Shown: piece after piece, positions 12,589 to 26,323 of the stretch
How the letters are laid out: each line of letters opens with the position of its first letter
Position numbering within the stretch: the first letter of the stretch is position 1
Assembly: GCF_001194135.2 (NCBI RefSeq)
Contig: NC_068986.1
Span: 44,121,081-44,185,080 of the forward strand
From: Octopus bimaculoides
Taxonomy: Eukaryota
Direction: 5' to 3'
Length of the DNA: 64,000 nucleotides
Position numbers and translations under genes: made by a program
Notes under the pieces: generated by a model
What the model was told of the DNA's origin: nothing
The model's database searches: none
What the model saw: only the letters and a program-made list of their open reading frames with translations

Positions 12589-13945
12589 CATCATCATCAA
12601 CAACATCGTTTAACGTCTGTTTTCTATGCTGGCATGGATTGGATGGTTCAACTGGGGTCTGGGAAGCCAGGGATCTGTACCAGGCCCCAATCTCATCTGG
12701 CAGTCTTTCTACAGCTGGATGCCCTTCCTAACGCCAACCACTCTGAGAGTGTAGTGGGCGCTTTTTACGTGTCACCAGCACAGAGGCCAGAAGTGCTGGC
12801 ATAGGCCACGATTGGATGGTGCTTTTTATGTGCCACCAGCACAGAAACCAGTCCAGGCAGCACTGGCATCAGCCACATTTGGACAGTGCCTTTTACGTGC
12901 CACCGGCACGTGGGTCACAACTTCATTTTCTGTTCTATTGTGATTCGATTTGATTTTCATATTGAAGTTTATGTTGATATACTTGACTCTATAGGTTTCC
13001 TCAAGCACAGTATGTCGCGCTACAATCCAAGGTACTTTTGATTGGGCAGTTATGCAACACCTGTGTAGGTTACAGCTGTGAACTCACTTTATTTGCCGGG
13101 TCTTCTCGGTCACAGCATACCTCCAGAGGTCTCAGTCTTTTGTTATTGCTTCTGTGAGGCCCAATGTTCAATGGTCATGCTCTACCACCTCATCCCATAT
13201 CTTCCTGGGTCTCCCTCTACCCCAGATTCCTTCCACTATTTGGGAATGACACTTCACACAGATCTCCTCGTCCATCCGCAGTACATGACCATACCAATGC
13301 AAACATCACTCTTGCACACCACATCCAATGCTTCTTATGTCTAACATTTCTCTCAGGGCGCATACACAATGTCGTATGTACACACTGACATTAAATGTCC
13401 AGCGGATCATGCTAGCTTCATTTCTTTCGAGCCTACGCATGTCTTCAGCAGTCACGGCCCATGTTTCACTGCCATGAAGCATGACATTTCGCACACATGC
13501 ATCACACAATCTACCTTTCACTCTGAGTGAGAGGCCCTTTGTATCCAGTAAGGTTAAAGCTTTCTGGACTTTGCCCAGGCCATTCTTATTCTAGTGGTAA
13601 CATTCTCTGAGCATCCACCCACACTACAGACTTCATCACTTCGGTAGCAAAAGCTCTCTACTACTAGTTTCTCTCCCTGGCATGTAATGGAATCTGTTTT
13701 CTGAGCGTCTGTGGTGTCTATTGCTCCTGTGCATCTGCTGCACACAAAAGCTATCTTCCCGGTTAATCTTCCTTTGATTTTGCTGCACCTCTTATGTGTC
13801 CATAGCTTACACTGGCTCCATTTTATGGAGTTTCTAACTTCACATTTTCTACAGATCGAGCAACGCCACATACCTGAAGGGATGTGTGATGTCTTCGCCT
13901 TCCTACTTAATACAACTTTGGTTTTTGCAGCATTGACTCTAAGGC
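12394..13945 (-). mobile_element. RTE-clade LINE 3' fragment (RT C-terminus plus long 3' UTR), with a younger 3'-end copy at 12394-12534
   Basis: Minus-strand peptides CSICRKCEVRNSIKWSQCKLWTHKRCSKIKGRL and MLHGSETWAVTAEDMRRLERNEASM (YGSETW motif) are followed by the GGATGCCCTTCCTAACGCC 3' UTR motif and a (GAT)n tail. Confidence 0.85.
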
Positions 13946-14111
13946 CCTTCGATTCTAAACCTTGCTATGTATATATATATGCATATATACATATATATGT
14001 ATTTATATATACATACATCTATATATACATGTACATATATTCATATATACACAGATATTCATATATATACACATGTTCATATATATATATACATATACAC
14101 ACATGTGTGTG

Positions 14112-14150
<39 letters not shown>

Positions 14151-14299
14151 ATATATATGTATATATACATATAACTATATATCTACATATATATGTGTTT
14201 ATATATATAGATATGTGTCTATATATATATATGTATATATGTGTTCCTATATATATATATATATGTGTGTGTGTCTATATATATGTACACAAATATATG

Positions 14300-14670
14300 A
14301 AGGAGTGGCTGTGTGGTAAGTAGCTTGCTTACCAACCACATGGTTCCGGGTTCAGTCCCATAGTGTGGCACCTTGGGCAAGCCTTGAGTGGATTTGGTAG
14401 ACGGAAACTGAAAGAAGCCTGTCGTATATATGCGTATATATATATGTATGTGTGTTTGTGTGTCTGTGTTTGTCCTTCCAACATCACTTGACAACTGATG
14501 CTGTTGTGTTTACGTCCCCGTAACTTAGCGGTTCAGCAAAAAGAGACTGGTAGAATAAGTACTGGACTTACAAAGAATAAGTCCTGGGGTCAATTTGCTC
14601 GACTAAAGGCAGTACTCCAGCATGGCCGCAGTCAAATGACTGAAACAAGTAAAAGAGCAAAAGAGAGTAT
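14300..14670 (+). mobile_element. SINE family A copy with a small internal deletion
   Basis: Aligns with 4149-4556. Confidence 0.85.
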
Positions 14671-14827
14671 ATATATATATATATATGTGTGTATATGCAT
14701 GTATATATATGTGTGTATATATATATACATGTGTATACATATGTACGTACATATGTATATATATAGATACGTACATATGTATGTAAATATGTTTATATAT
14801 ATGTATGTATATATGTTTATATATATG

Positions 14828-14892
<65 letters not shown>

Positions 14893-14894
<2 letters not shown>

Positions 14895-15621
14895 TAGCAG
14901 AACAACCCGGCGTTGCCCGGGAATGAAATTGTTGCTTATATACTGGAAGGAAAAAAGCAAAATATGCTGTATAGAAATCTGAGGACATTCTGTAGATGGA
15001 CTCTCAGATGAATGATGACTGGGCACCTCTCATGAATTGGAAAATTGAAGATGCGCCAAAAAGCCTCATTGGTACTTGGAAACTTTTACGAAAATTAAAA
15101 TGGGGATTAAATGAAAAAAATGATTTACGTGAATATCCTCACAAGATTAATTGAAATAAATTGCGATTGTGGAACCCCTCACGCACGCACGAAAGTACGC
15201 ACGCGCACGCACACACACAGAGTATCACACATCAGATGAAATGGACGTGTGTGTGTTACAGAAAGAGAGAGAGAGTGAGAGAGAGGTTTGTTGTCATGTA
15301 TACGTACATGCATAAATATGCATACATCTGTGTGTGTGTGTGTGTGTGTATGAGAGAGAGAGAGAGTAAATACTACATACACACCGCTCTCTCACTCTGT
15401 CTCACACACATACATCCAAAAATGATGGATGCATATGACAACACACCCCTTGACTCACTCACACTCTGTCTCTTACAAACACACACATACATAAATGTAT
15501 ACAAACATATTTACAAAGACACACATGTGTATGCGCGCGTGCGCATGTGTGCTGTGTGTGTGTGTGAGAGAGAGAGAGACAGACAGACAGATAGACAGAG
15601 AGAGAGAGGGAGAGACAGAGG

Positions 15622-15659
<38 letters not shown>

Positions 15660-15772
15660 GAGCCAGTGAAGGGGTGTGTCGACAATTATACGTACATACA
15701 TAGTCATACATTTCTTGTACGTATGTGTGAGTGTGTGTGAGAGAGAGAGAGAGCGAGTCACTGAAACATCTC

Positions 15773-15814
<42 letters not shown>

Positions 15815-16330
15815 ACACACACACATGCAGATATACACACAGAAAAGATGTATGCAAATGTATTTATGTATGTACGTAGACATCACAACACACCCCTTCA
15901 CTCACACACATACAGAAACACACATGTGCGTGTGTGACTCACTACGAATACATAGAGTTGAACACGGCGTGCCAAAATAAAAACAAATAATAAAAAATTT
16001 ATTTACGGAAATTAACGAAGTGTGCGAGTTCGGAACGAAATCAAACCTGGAGTGTGTGAATGAGAGAGAGAACATTGCAAAGAATGAATGAGATGAACAT
16101 GGAACGCCTAAAAATCGTATAAATAAAAGCACGTTAAAAACTATCTTGTACGGAATATTTAAATTTATGAACTTCGTAAATATATGTTTCAGTAATTGAT
16201 CGTAGTTGTTTACAGAAAGCGAACATTAGAAGTAGAGTGACAGACGTCACTGTTTTTGTCATGTCCGTACCGGAAGTTGACATTGAGAAACTTTTTAAAG
16301 AAGTGAATCTTAAATATAAAGCAATATTAT
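14893..16330 (+). mobile_element. Helentron-like non-autonomous element with an internal (CA)/(GA)/(GACA) microsatellite array
   Basis: Begins ACTAGCAGAACAACCCGGCGTTGCCCGGG (palindromic subterminal motif). The 3' boundary is uncertain. Confidence 0.45.
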
Positions 16331-16914
16331 TTATTTTTAATAAAAAAAATCAAATGAAGAGCCTAACATTTATCCACCGGCACGGGAGCCAGTCAGCGGC
16401 CCTGGCAACAATCACACTCGGATGGTGCTCTTAGCACTCCTCTAGCACAGATGCCAGTCACGTGGTGCTGTCATCAAATTTGATTCTGGTTTCACTTGCT
16501 TCAACAGGTCTTCACAAGCAGAGTTTAGTGCCCAATGAAAGAAAGGTACACCTAAGTGGGCTGGTTATACCACTGGCAGAGGCCATGGTCTCACTTGGCC
16601 TGCCGGCTCTCCTCAAGCACAGCATATTTCCAAAGGTCTTGGTCACTAGTCATTGCCTGGGTGAGGTCTAATGTTCGAAGGTCGTGCTTCACCACTCCAT
16701 CCCAGGTCTTCCTGGGTCTACCTCTTCCAGTTTCCCCTCAACCACTCGGGTGTGACACTTTTTCACACACCTATCCTCATCCATTCATACCAGCGCAGTC
16801 GTCTCTCTTGCACACCACAAATATATAGATACACATATCTATATACATATATATACATATATACACACACATATCCATATATATACATATATATATACAT
16901 ATACACACACATAT

Positions 16915-16957
<43 letters not shown>

Positions 16958-17095
16958 AAATTTAATAAATGGAGTTATACGCATGTGTTAAATGATTTCT
17001 TTTATTTCCGACATATGTTTCGAAGGTTACAATTGGTTCATTCCAAAGGAATGAGTGATGTTGATAAAGATGTAATGTTCTCTTCACCTTCTCTT

Positions 17096-17801
17096 TCACA
17101 ACACACTAGAAAAAAAATCCATGGGCGTTAGGTGTGGGGAACGGGGCGACCATTCAATACTCCATTGCCCAATCCACCTCCCTGGGAACGTTTCACTGAG
17201 AAAATTACGCTCATGAATTGCATAATGCAGAGGTTCTCCATCCTGTTGGAATAACACATCTCCAAAGTTGGGCATAGCCTGCATTACAGGCATCACCTCT
17301 TTGTGCAAAATTTCAAGGTAGTTTTCACTATTAAGTTTGCCCTCAAAAATGACAGGCCCAAGGACTCTTGAACACAACAGACTTGCCTAAACAGTGACAC
17401 CGGGCTGATTCATCTCAGTTATTAGTGTTAGGTGGGAGTTTTCATCATACCAGTAAACACAGTTATGTTGGTTGACAAGACCTGATAACTTGAAACAGAG
17501 CTCATCCGACCAAACAATCTTGTCGGTGAATAGCAGGTTTTCACAAATCTCATTCAGCATGATTTCTGTGAACTCTACATGAGTATCTGGATCATCCTCT
17601 GTTAGCTGTTGCATAAGTCTAGGTCAGTATGGTTTGAAGTTCAGTTTTTCATGAAACGTCTGAGGGACCTTCATGAGATGCCCAATGCTCATCTGGTAGA
17701 CTTCTGTGGACTATTCACAAAAGTCAATGCTACCTGCATTGAGTTTTCCTTAGTAAAAATAAAAGTATACAACTGTTAACCTACTTTTACACCACCCTCT
17801 A
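17096..17801 (-). mobile_element. Tc1/mariner transposon remnant, DD41D (rosa/Visitor)-like
   Basis: Fragmented ORFs 17614-17387 (IVWSDE) and 17377-17096 (FQQDGEPLH...RWIG...EWSPRSPHLTPMDFF) show 40 residues between the 2nd and 3rd Asp. One TIR (TA|GAGGGTGGTGTAAAAGTAGG) ends at 17799/17801. Confidence 0.85.
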
Positions 17802-17889
17802 TCTATATATATATCTTTTATATATGTAGGTGCAGGTAGCACTTTGCAACCACAAGGTTCTGAATTTGACTCCACAACATGATACCCTT

Positions 17890-17978
<89 letters not shown>

Positions 17979-19094
17979 CATCATCATTTAATGCATGCTT
18001 TCTATAGCATGGGTTGGACAGTTTGACAGGAGCTGGCAAGGCAGAAGACAGCATCAGGTTCCAGTCTGTCTGTTTCAACATGGTTTTTATGGCTGGATGC
18101 CCTTCCTAACACCAACCACCTTGTAGCATATACTTATATATATATATACTGCATAGCACCTTAGGCAAGTGTCTTCTGTTATAGTCCCAGGCATGCTAAT
18201 CATAGCTTTGTGACTGGATTTGGTAGATGGAAAGTAAAAGAAACCTGCTGTATATAATATGGTGGACACTCCTGTTATATACGACAGATGAGGATTCAGC
18301 AATTTCTTGCTGAACAACCAGCACAAACAATTTAGTTATAGTGATGAAATGCTTGTGCTGTACATTTTTTAGCTCACTCAATTCAACATTGCCTGCACAG
18401 GTACATGGTGTCCCACATGTCAGATGTGAAAGTCATCACAGAGTATCATGAAATGAAGTGTTTTGCTCAAGAACACAACAAACCATCTGAGCCAAGAATT
18501 GAAACCAAGATTTTGCTGAGTGAAATGCCCTTACCTAGTCCATGCACACACACACACACTCACTCACACACACACACATCTACATATTCTTTTGTTTCAG
18601 TCATTTGACTGCAGTCATGCTAGAATACTTGGTAACTTCACTAGTGTGGTGCCATGAAAAAAACCACCCAGTACGTTCTGTGATGTGGTTGGCATTAAAA
18701 AGGCATGAAGCAGTGGAAACCTTGCCAAAGCAGACTGGTTTTTGGTGCAGCTTTCTGGCTCAATGATTCCAATGGAAGCATATACTCCATCCCAGTAAGT
18801 TGATTGTTTAATTGGTTGATTGATTTCTCCAGTCATGCTTTACATCATATAGAGTAAAAGAGAAATACAGAAAGATTTAACATAAGAGATCAGAATGAGT
18901 GCCCATACTAAGCTTGGTGGAAGGCAATGAATAAATGAAATCTACACACACACACACACACAAATAGTAAGAAAAAAGAATCAGAGACAACGGAGNNNNN
19001 NNNNNNNNNNNNNNNNNNNNNNNNNNNNNNNNNNNNNNNNNNNNNNNNNNNNNNNNNNNNNNNNNNNNNNNNNNNNNNNNNNNNNNNNNNNNNN

Positions 19095-19562
19095 NGGGCA
19101 AGTGTCTTCTACTATAGCCTCGAGCCGACCAAAGTCTTGTGAGTGAATTTGGTAGCCAGAAACTGAAAGACGCCTACAATATCTCTTTTACGTGTTTTAG
19201 TCATTCGACTGCAGCCATGCTGGGGCACTGCCTTTTTTAGTCAAGCAAATCGACCCCAGGACTTATTCTCTGTAAGCCTAGTACTTATTCTATCGGTCTC
19301 TTTTTGCCGAACCGCTAGGTTACGAGGACGTAAACACACCAGCCTCGGTTGTCAAGCGAAGTTGTGGGGACAAACAAAGACACAGAAACACACACACACA
19401 CATATATATATACGACGGGCTTCTTTCATTTTCCATCTACCAAATCCACTCACAAGGCTTTGGTCGGCCTGAGTCTATAGTAGAAGACACTTGCCCAAGG
19501 TGCCACGCAGTGGGACTGAACCCAGAACCATGTGGTTGGTAAGCAAGCTACTTACCACACAG

Positions 19563-19656
<94 letters not shown>

Positions 19657-19840
19657 TCCACCCAACATCACTTAACAACCGATACCGGTGAGTTTACTTC
19701 TCCGAAACTTAGTGGTTCAGCAAAAGAGACCGATAGAATAAGTACTAGGCTTACAAAAAATGTCCTGGGGTCGATTTACTCAACTATAGGCAGCACTCCA
19801 GCATGGCCACAGTCAAATGACTGAAACAAGTAAAAGAATA
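19095..19840. mobile_element. Nested or adjacent SINE family A copies
   Basis: Plus partial copy 19095-19190, minus full copy ~19190-19562, plus 3' half ~19625-19840. Confidence 0.8.
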
Positions 19841-19961
19841 AACTTATATACATATATACACATATATACATACATACATATACACACACACACACAAACA
19901 TATATATATATATATATATATACATACACATATATATACACATATATACATACATATACTT

Positions 19962-19995
<34 letters not shown>

Positions 19996-20188
19996 TACCC
20001 ATATATACATATGCATACATATATAGACACATATATACATACATACTCACACATATATATACACACATATACATATATATACATACACACATATACATAT
20101 ATATACACAAATATACATATATATACATATATATACACATATATATACATATACATACACATATATATACATATACATACATACAAAC

Positions 20189-20247
<59 letters not shown>

Positions 20248-20450
20248 TACATACATACATAAATACATATATATATATATATACATATTTACATACATAT
20301 ATACATACATGTATACATACATATATATATATACATACATATATACATACATACATATATACATACATACATATATACATAAATACATATATACATACAT
20401 ACATACATACATAATACATACATATATATATATATACACACACACAGTAA
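19840..20450. repeat. Large compound (TA)/(TACA)/(CA) microsatellite; similar arrays at 10435-10733, 13965-14295, 14670-14892 and 63830-64000
   Basis: Direct inspection. Confidence 0.95.
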
Positions 20451-20683
20451 CCCCTCGCTATATTGCAGTTTATTATTTAAGCTTACATCGACTTCTCCAT
20501 GTTGTTGTTTTGCATTTACAAAAAAAAATATATACAAATTATTAAAATAATTAAAAAAAGATATACAATACTGTTTCTACTTCGTGCATTTTCACATATT
20601 GTGTCGGTGTTTTGGAATGTAACAACCACGATAGTTAAGGGATTACTGTATACATATATATACACACACACATATATATATAT

Positions 20684-20716
<33 letters not shown>

Positions 20717-21504
20717 ACAATATACATATATATATATATGGGAGAATTTACGAAAAAAACAACAACAGACGAGGACAGGTGGTGTAAACAACAAAAGGAT
20801 GTATATAAGACCACCCACTCTGCTGGGTGATTGGTGTTAGGAAGGACATCCAACTGTAAAAATCCTGCTGAAACAGTCACAGAAGTCTGGTTAAGCTTCT
20901 GCCTGGCTGGCTCCTTTCAAACCATCCCACCCATGCCAGCATGGAAGGCGGACGTTACACAATGATGATAATGATATATATATATATCATCATATCATTT
21001 AATGTTCATTTTCCATGTTGGCATGGATTGCGCAGTTTGGAAAGAGCAGACCAGCTGAAGGACTGTTGAGGCTCCATGTCTGTTTTGGCACGGTTTCTAC
21101 GGCTAGATGCCCTTCCTAATGCAGCCTTGAAGAATTCTAGTCAAATTTATCAAACCCATTACATATTATTTTTTTGTAAAACCTGGTACTTATTCTATCA
21201 GTGCCTTTTACTGAACCATTAAGTTACAGGGACGTAAACACAGCCCAACACCAGTTGTCAAGCAGTGGTGGAAGACAAACACACACACACACAGCTCAAC
21301 CAGATCTCTATTTTGCCAAGGAAGGTGGATCTACTCAAGAACCACATAGTACCAGTATTTCCCATCCTTTGTCATCATTTCTGTGAGGTTCAAGATCCTG
21401 TGATCAGATATATAAGTGGGTGTGTCTATGTATATATATTTATATATTATATATATGGATACACATACACGCACACATATATACATGTATCACTTCCCCG
21501 TTAA

Positions 21505-21717
21505 CCCATTAGCATTCAGATTACTGTCAAATGTAATCCTTATTTATTCACATTGTCTTGGATAGATCATACATTCTCTCATAATTTAGAGATTACAATA
21601 CGACCGTATATTTCTAAAATGACATTGTTGGATTGGTGTGAGGCCAGATATAGCTAGTTTGAACATAAAACAGCTAGAACACTTTGTCCAGACATGGCTG
21701 GTTTAAATTCTAAAGGG
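21505..21717. mobile_element. TTAA-flanked (piggyBac-like) MITE, copy 2
   Basis: TTAA|CCCATTAGCATT ... ATTCTAAAGGG|TTAA; its internal sequence aligns with 2668-2888. Confidence 0.75.
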
Positions 21718-21959
21718 TTAAATGCGGTTACCAATAAATCAATCGTAAGCACTGATCTCCAATCCTAGAACACCACCAGGTTATTAAATGGTGTGTTAAT
21801 AAACTATTCAGAAGACATTAAGAAATACACACTCTCTTTCTGTTAATATTAACATGTAGGAAATACTGAAAATTGGAATGGAGTATCTGTAGCACTGGAG
21901 CTGTAACCTTTCAATGTGGAGAAATAGTGGCTCAACCTAGAGAGACTCCCTGATCCCCA

Positions 21960-22230
21960 AGATCTTCCTCTAGAAGATCCCAAAGATCTTCTAGAGGAAT
22001 CCTATTTCAGCCACTTGTTTTCATGATTGTACTCTTTCAGTCACTATCCAACATTCATGAGCATAAATTGAAGATAGCGACTTTGTCTTTTTTACCAACC
22101 TCACTTCTTTTAAGGACCAAATGCTGGAGGTAGCCTGTGATTATGCCAGTACTCAATTCTCGCATCCAATTCAGTTTCCAGCTTCCCATCACTCGTGAAT
22201 ATCATGCCCAAGATACTTAAACTCAGTTGG
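21960..22230 (-). mobile_element. RTE (Expander/Rex3-like) LINE fragment
   Basis: Minus strand EFKYLGMIFTSDGKLETELDARIE...YAHECWIVTERVQ. Confidence 0.65.
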
Positions 22231-22975
22231 TCATGCTCTTGAGAATCCAGCCAAAAAGTTTAATGACAGTTGCTTCCGATAGGACCCTATGGAGGAGATG
22301 TATGACAACTCTATCTCCATGACTTTCCCAGGAATAGTAGACAGAGATGGATGGATGGATGGGTGGGTGGATAGATGGAATGTAGTATTGCAAATAAAAC
22401 AAAAATGTGTATTAGGACTACAACCATACTTTCATAAAGTCTGTTTTGTTTTCTTCAGTTTCTTTTCTTTCTGTTACTGAACACATCAAAACAACAAAAT
22501 ATCCATAAAATGACATGCACAGAATATAGATGGTTATATAATAAACTAAAATTTATTCATTTAAAATACTTTATTTTAAAATTTATCAAGAACACAAAAA
22601 AAGGACAAATAAGAACCAAAGTAGATAAAAGAAAACTTTGAGTTATTAAAATTTCAAATAATGAACAACTACTGCTTTCAAGAAATAGGATTTTAAATAG
22701 TAATTGTGTATCACATTTCTAACAATTCTTTGATATCTCTGTATTTCTTCTTTTAGCAGGTTTCTTTTCCTTGGATAAATTTTAGCAGTTTGGTAGTCAT
22801 CAACGTATTCTTTGTAATGGAATTAAATGATTTTTTAAATATTTTCTTATTGCTTTCTCTCTTATATCATATATTTCCAGTACTTATTTCCATTACATAT
22901 TAATTTATTACATAAAAAAAGTAAACCAGCTCAAAATACTCCAAGAATTAATTGCAGTAACAATTCAACACCTAC

Positions 22976-23026
22976 TCAAGTCATACATCAAGAACCAAAT
23001 TGCCTCTTCCATTCAGGCAATCTAAA
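22976..23026 (-). CDS. Candidate exon of an unidentified minus-strand gene (possible start MEEAIWFLMYDL)
   Basis: Minus strand: tattctggtttcag| acceptor (exon starts 23026; second AG gives 23021), ATG at 23012, 12 codons plus 1 nt, donor A|GTAGGT at 22975. No family recognised. Confidence 0.35.
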
Positions 23027-23789
23027 CTGAAACCAGAATAAAATAACCTAGTGACATTCTTGCTTGGATACTAGAAGTCAGTGGACAACGGCTTTTCATA
23101 GACCCCCAAGAGAAGAAATTCTCACCTCCTTTACATTCCCTTTAAAAGAAACCTACTTCTATTTAACACAGCTTAATTTTTTTACACCTGTCATCAAAAC
23201 AGGAAAGTTACCATTTTTAGTCAGACAATCTCTTATCCCCAACCACAGTCGGTCAATAAGCATCAAATACATTCCTGAACCCTCTTGTCTTGGTCACTAT
23301 TAACAACTAAAACTAAATACCATTCACAAATGCAATTATTATTTACGACATTGTTTGCAAGCTCAGCAATAGGGTACTGTTCAGGTAATCTCTTCCTGGA
23401 ATATCTCAATCGTTATTCCTCATAATGCTTTATATCAGCCAACCTGTAGGCTGACCATTCAATTTGCTAAGTTAAACTACTGTTAGGTACATGGTATCAC
23501 CTGACACTTGCTCCCTTCAATTTTAACACTGCTATCAGCATCACAACTTTTTTCTTCCCTTCTGTTTAAGAACACTTGCTCCCTTTAATTTTACTCATAC
23601 ACTTGGAGTTCCTCTACACTGTATTTTCGAATGTTGTAAAGTTATCTTATTACTAAGCACCAATACATTGTCCACATTTCCATATAAGCTTGACCCTCTG
23701 TTTCTTTGTTAACCGAGTTGATTCATTGACCTTTCAACAGCCACAACAGTAACTATTTTTCTTTCTCTCATCATCTCCAGTCCAAACCA

Positions 23790-24420
23790 GCCAAAACCTA
23801 CAATCAAGGGTATTCCAGTCGCGACCATTTTCGTCTTTTGTTTTTTAATGTATTCAATGTGCCCTTTTCTTAGAAGATGGAGCTTCCGTGTTTTGTGCGC
23901 GTTCTTGTTGTCTACGTATATATACACACGTACTACTGCTTGCATGTGTATGTTTATACATATGCAACTGTTAGTATTGCTTCGTACTGACAATTACTAT
24001 TCCCTTATCCTTTTTCTTGTTTACGCGTGAAATAATATGCGTATATACTAGTGTCGTATCAGTATATATATGTATGCTTACGTATGAAATAATATGCGTA
24101 TATACAAGTGTCGTATCTCTATATATGTATACGCAGAATATTTTCTCTCTCTCTCCCCAATAAATTAGACTGTCGACATACCTGACGGGACATCTTCCCC
24201 ACCTTTTTTTTTTTTTTAATTCTTCTTTTGATTATATATTTTTAATTATTTTTGTAAACGTCTAAATTCACTTCTGACAATTCATAAGCTTGTGATATCT
24301 TTTTTAATAGTATTTAATTCATCAATTCAGGACGGCTGTCAGGCAAAATTGGTCCCGGCGACATTTGAACTTGGAATGTTCAATAAAAAATCTCAACTAA
24401 ATACCGCAAGGTATTTTGGT
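23790..24420. promoter_or_regulatory. CpG-rich promoter-like region with candidate minus-strand first exons
   Basis: CpG dinucleotides become frequent here. YY1-like AAGATGG/AAAATGG and ETS-like CTTCCG motifs are present. Minus-strand donors: ATT|GTAGGT (23801) and CAG|GTATGT (24181). Confidence 0.4.
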
Positions 24421-25479
24421 ATTCGATATTCTACATCCCCTTTTATTAATGGGAATATCTCAAATATTCTCTACAATAGTAGAGTTGTACGGCCTTCCGA
24501 TTCTTTCATAGGCAGTACTTGGAAAGATGATTCCATACCATTCCACAATGAAACACTTACTAAGCAAATCGAACAATGCAAATTTTAGAAATTCATAAAT
24601 AAAATAATTATACAAAACAGAAATTTTGAAAATAAGCACACACAGAAAGCAACAATATTCTCAATAAATTAATTATATAAGTAGCGGACTGACTGCAAAA
24701 TGGAATCAAAGAGCTTTTCCGATATGTTCGATAAGAGCGTATAAAAGAAGTTTAGAATTTGATCCATATGTTAATGTACAGATATTAAGATTGTAATGAT
24801 TAGATATAATTCATAAACAAGAAAAAAATCTTTCTTCAGCTTTAGAACAAACACCACCAAAAAGCTAACTAAAAATTTTCAACAGCACGTTTTTGTTGTT
24901 TTTTTTTTTTTACACATTCAATCAGTGAACATACGTACGACTCGTCTTTATTTTATCGCAACATTTTATCCGATTTCAATAATGCTAAAATCTTACTGAA
25001 TTGCACGTAAATTTCGATTTTCTTTTCTTTTACAACAAACAAGGAAAATTATTATTATTTTTTTTAAATCAGCAGAAAGAAATGATAATGCATTTAGAAC
25101 CCCGCTATAAATTTGACTAATATTTAGTTAGATATGGTTAAAATCAACTATTAATGCTATATTACTATTAGGAAAAGTTAAAACTGACTGCATATTTTGA
25201 AAGGAATATTTTAAAATTTTCAAAAGCAATGTTATTTAATGTATTAGAAAAATAATTAGACCTTAATATGGCGCCTTCAATCTTTCATACAAAAGAAACA
25301 CTATACAGAATTGTACTTTTTCTGCATTAAACTAACAATCCTTGGTTGAAAACAGCGATAAGAAACGCAAGAATTACTATCTACGACATATATATATATA
25401 TATCATAGACATTAGAAACAATATATGATTATGATACTACTAATACTATTAATAACATTATAATAATAATCCTTGTTTT

Positions 25480-25890
25480 CTTCGTAGTCGTTCAACCTGC
25501 TAGAAAAGAAGTCAAATTTCGCTTCGCCACATGCTACTATCTTAAAAATAGAAGGACACATTGGATAATGTAGTCCCAGTTGCAATGAGTCTGATGGAAA
25601 AAAGGGCAGGATGGTTATGATTGGAGCATCGCTGATCACAAAATCTTTTAAATCAGGGTTGACCTGGGACTAAACATGTTTTACAGAGGAATGAATCCTC
25701 TGTTCGATCAAACGATCTGCTAGAAATGCCAACCAAATCTTCCTCAAATGATTATTCTACAGACTTAAAAAAAAAGGAAGCATACATGACAGAATAGTTC
25801 TAGGGATACACTAGAACACAATAAAAAAGACTGGACGGTCATGCCTGGAACTGCTTTGATCAAAGACTTGCAGGCTAAACAACACCCAGT
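25480..25890 (+). repeat. Two tandem copies of a dispersed repeat family (D)
   Basis: Shared ctgctagaaa...caaat...cttaaaaa...ga(c/t)ggtca/ta...gactaaaca; related copies at ~1190-1320 and ~27670-27790 (minus). Confidence 0.55.
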
Positions 25891-26292
25891 AATAAGGAAT
25901 TTTTTTAACAATAATGGTATCAAAATTTGGCACAGACTAATTTATGAATCTATATTAAATTTTTTTTTATCGTGATATTCCTATTTACTTTTTAAATCTT
26001 CACTACGAAAAGCCTCCTCAAGGACCTAATTTCACAGCGAGATTAAATACACACGAATATGTGTGATTATATTTATACAATAGGTTAGGTAAGCTAACTC
26101 TTTAGAAACGGCACTTCATTAAACATGCCGTACCGCAGTTACTTAAATCATAAGCATATCAGAAGACTACATTTCTTTCTAATACCATACTCACATATGC
26201 ACAAATATAATGCATAAATGTGTGTGTATGCGATAAATAATGATACCCTACACACATACAAATTCAGTTTCCACAATAAAATCTCACATTAC

Positions 26293-26323
<31 letters not shown>

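Noticed and set aside
22960-23026. Selenoprotein read-through at the TGA after FRLPEWKRQFGS
   Set aside because: No resemblance to known selenoprotein motifs and no SECIS recognised.
23360-23430. Possible C/D-box snoRNA on the minus strand (ATGAGGA...CTGA with an AAGC/GCTT stem)
   Set aside because: The C box is imperfect, there is no clear C'/D' order, and I could not identify an rRNA or snRNA complement. A snoscan-type search would be needed.
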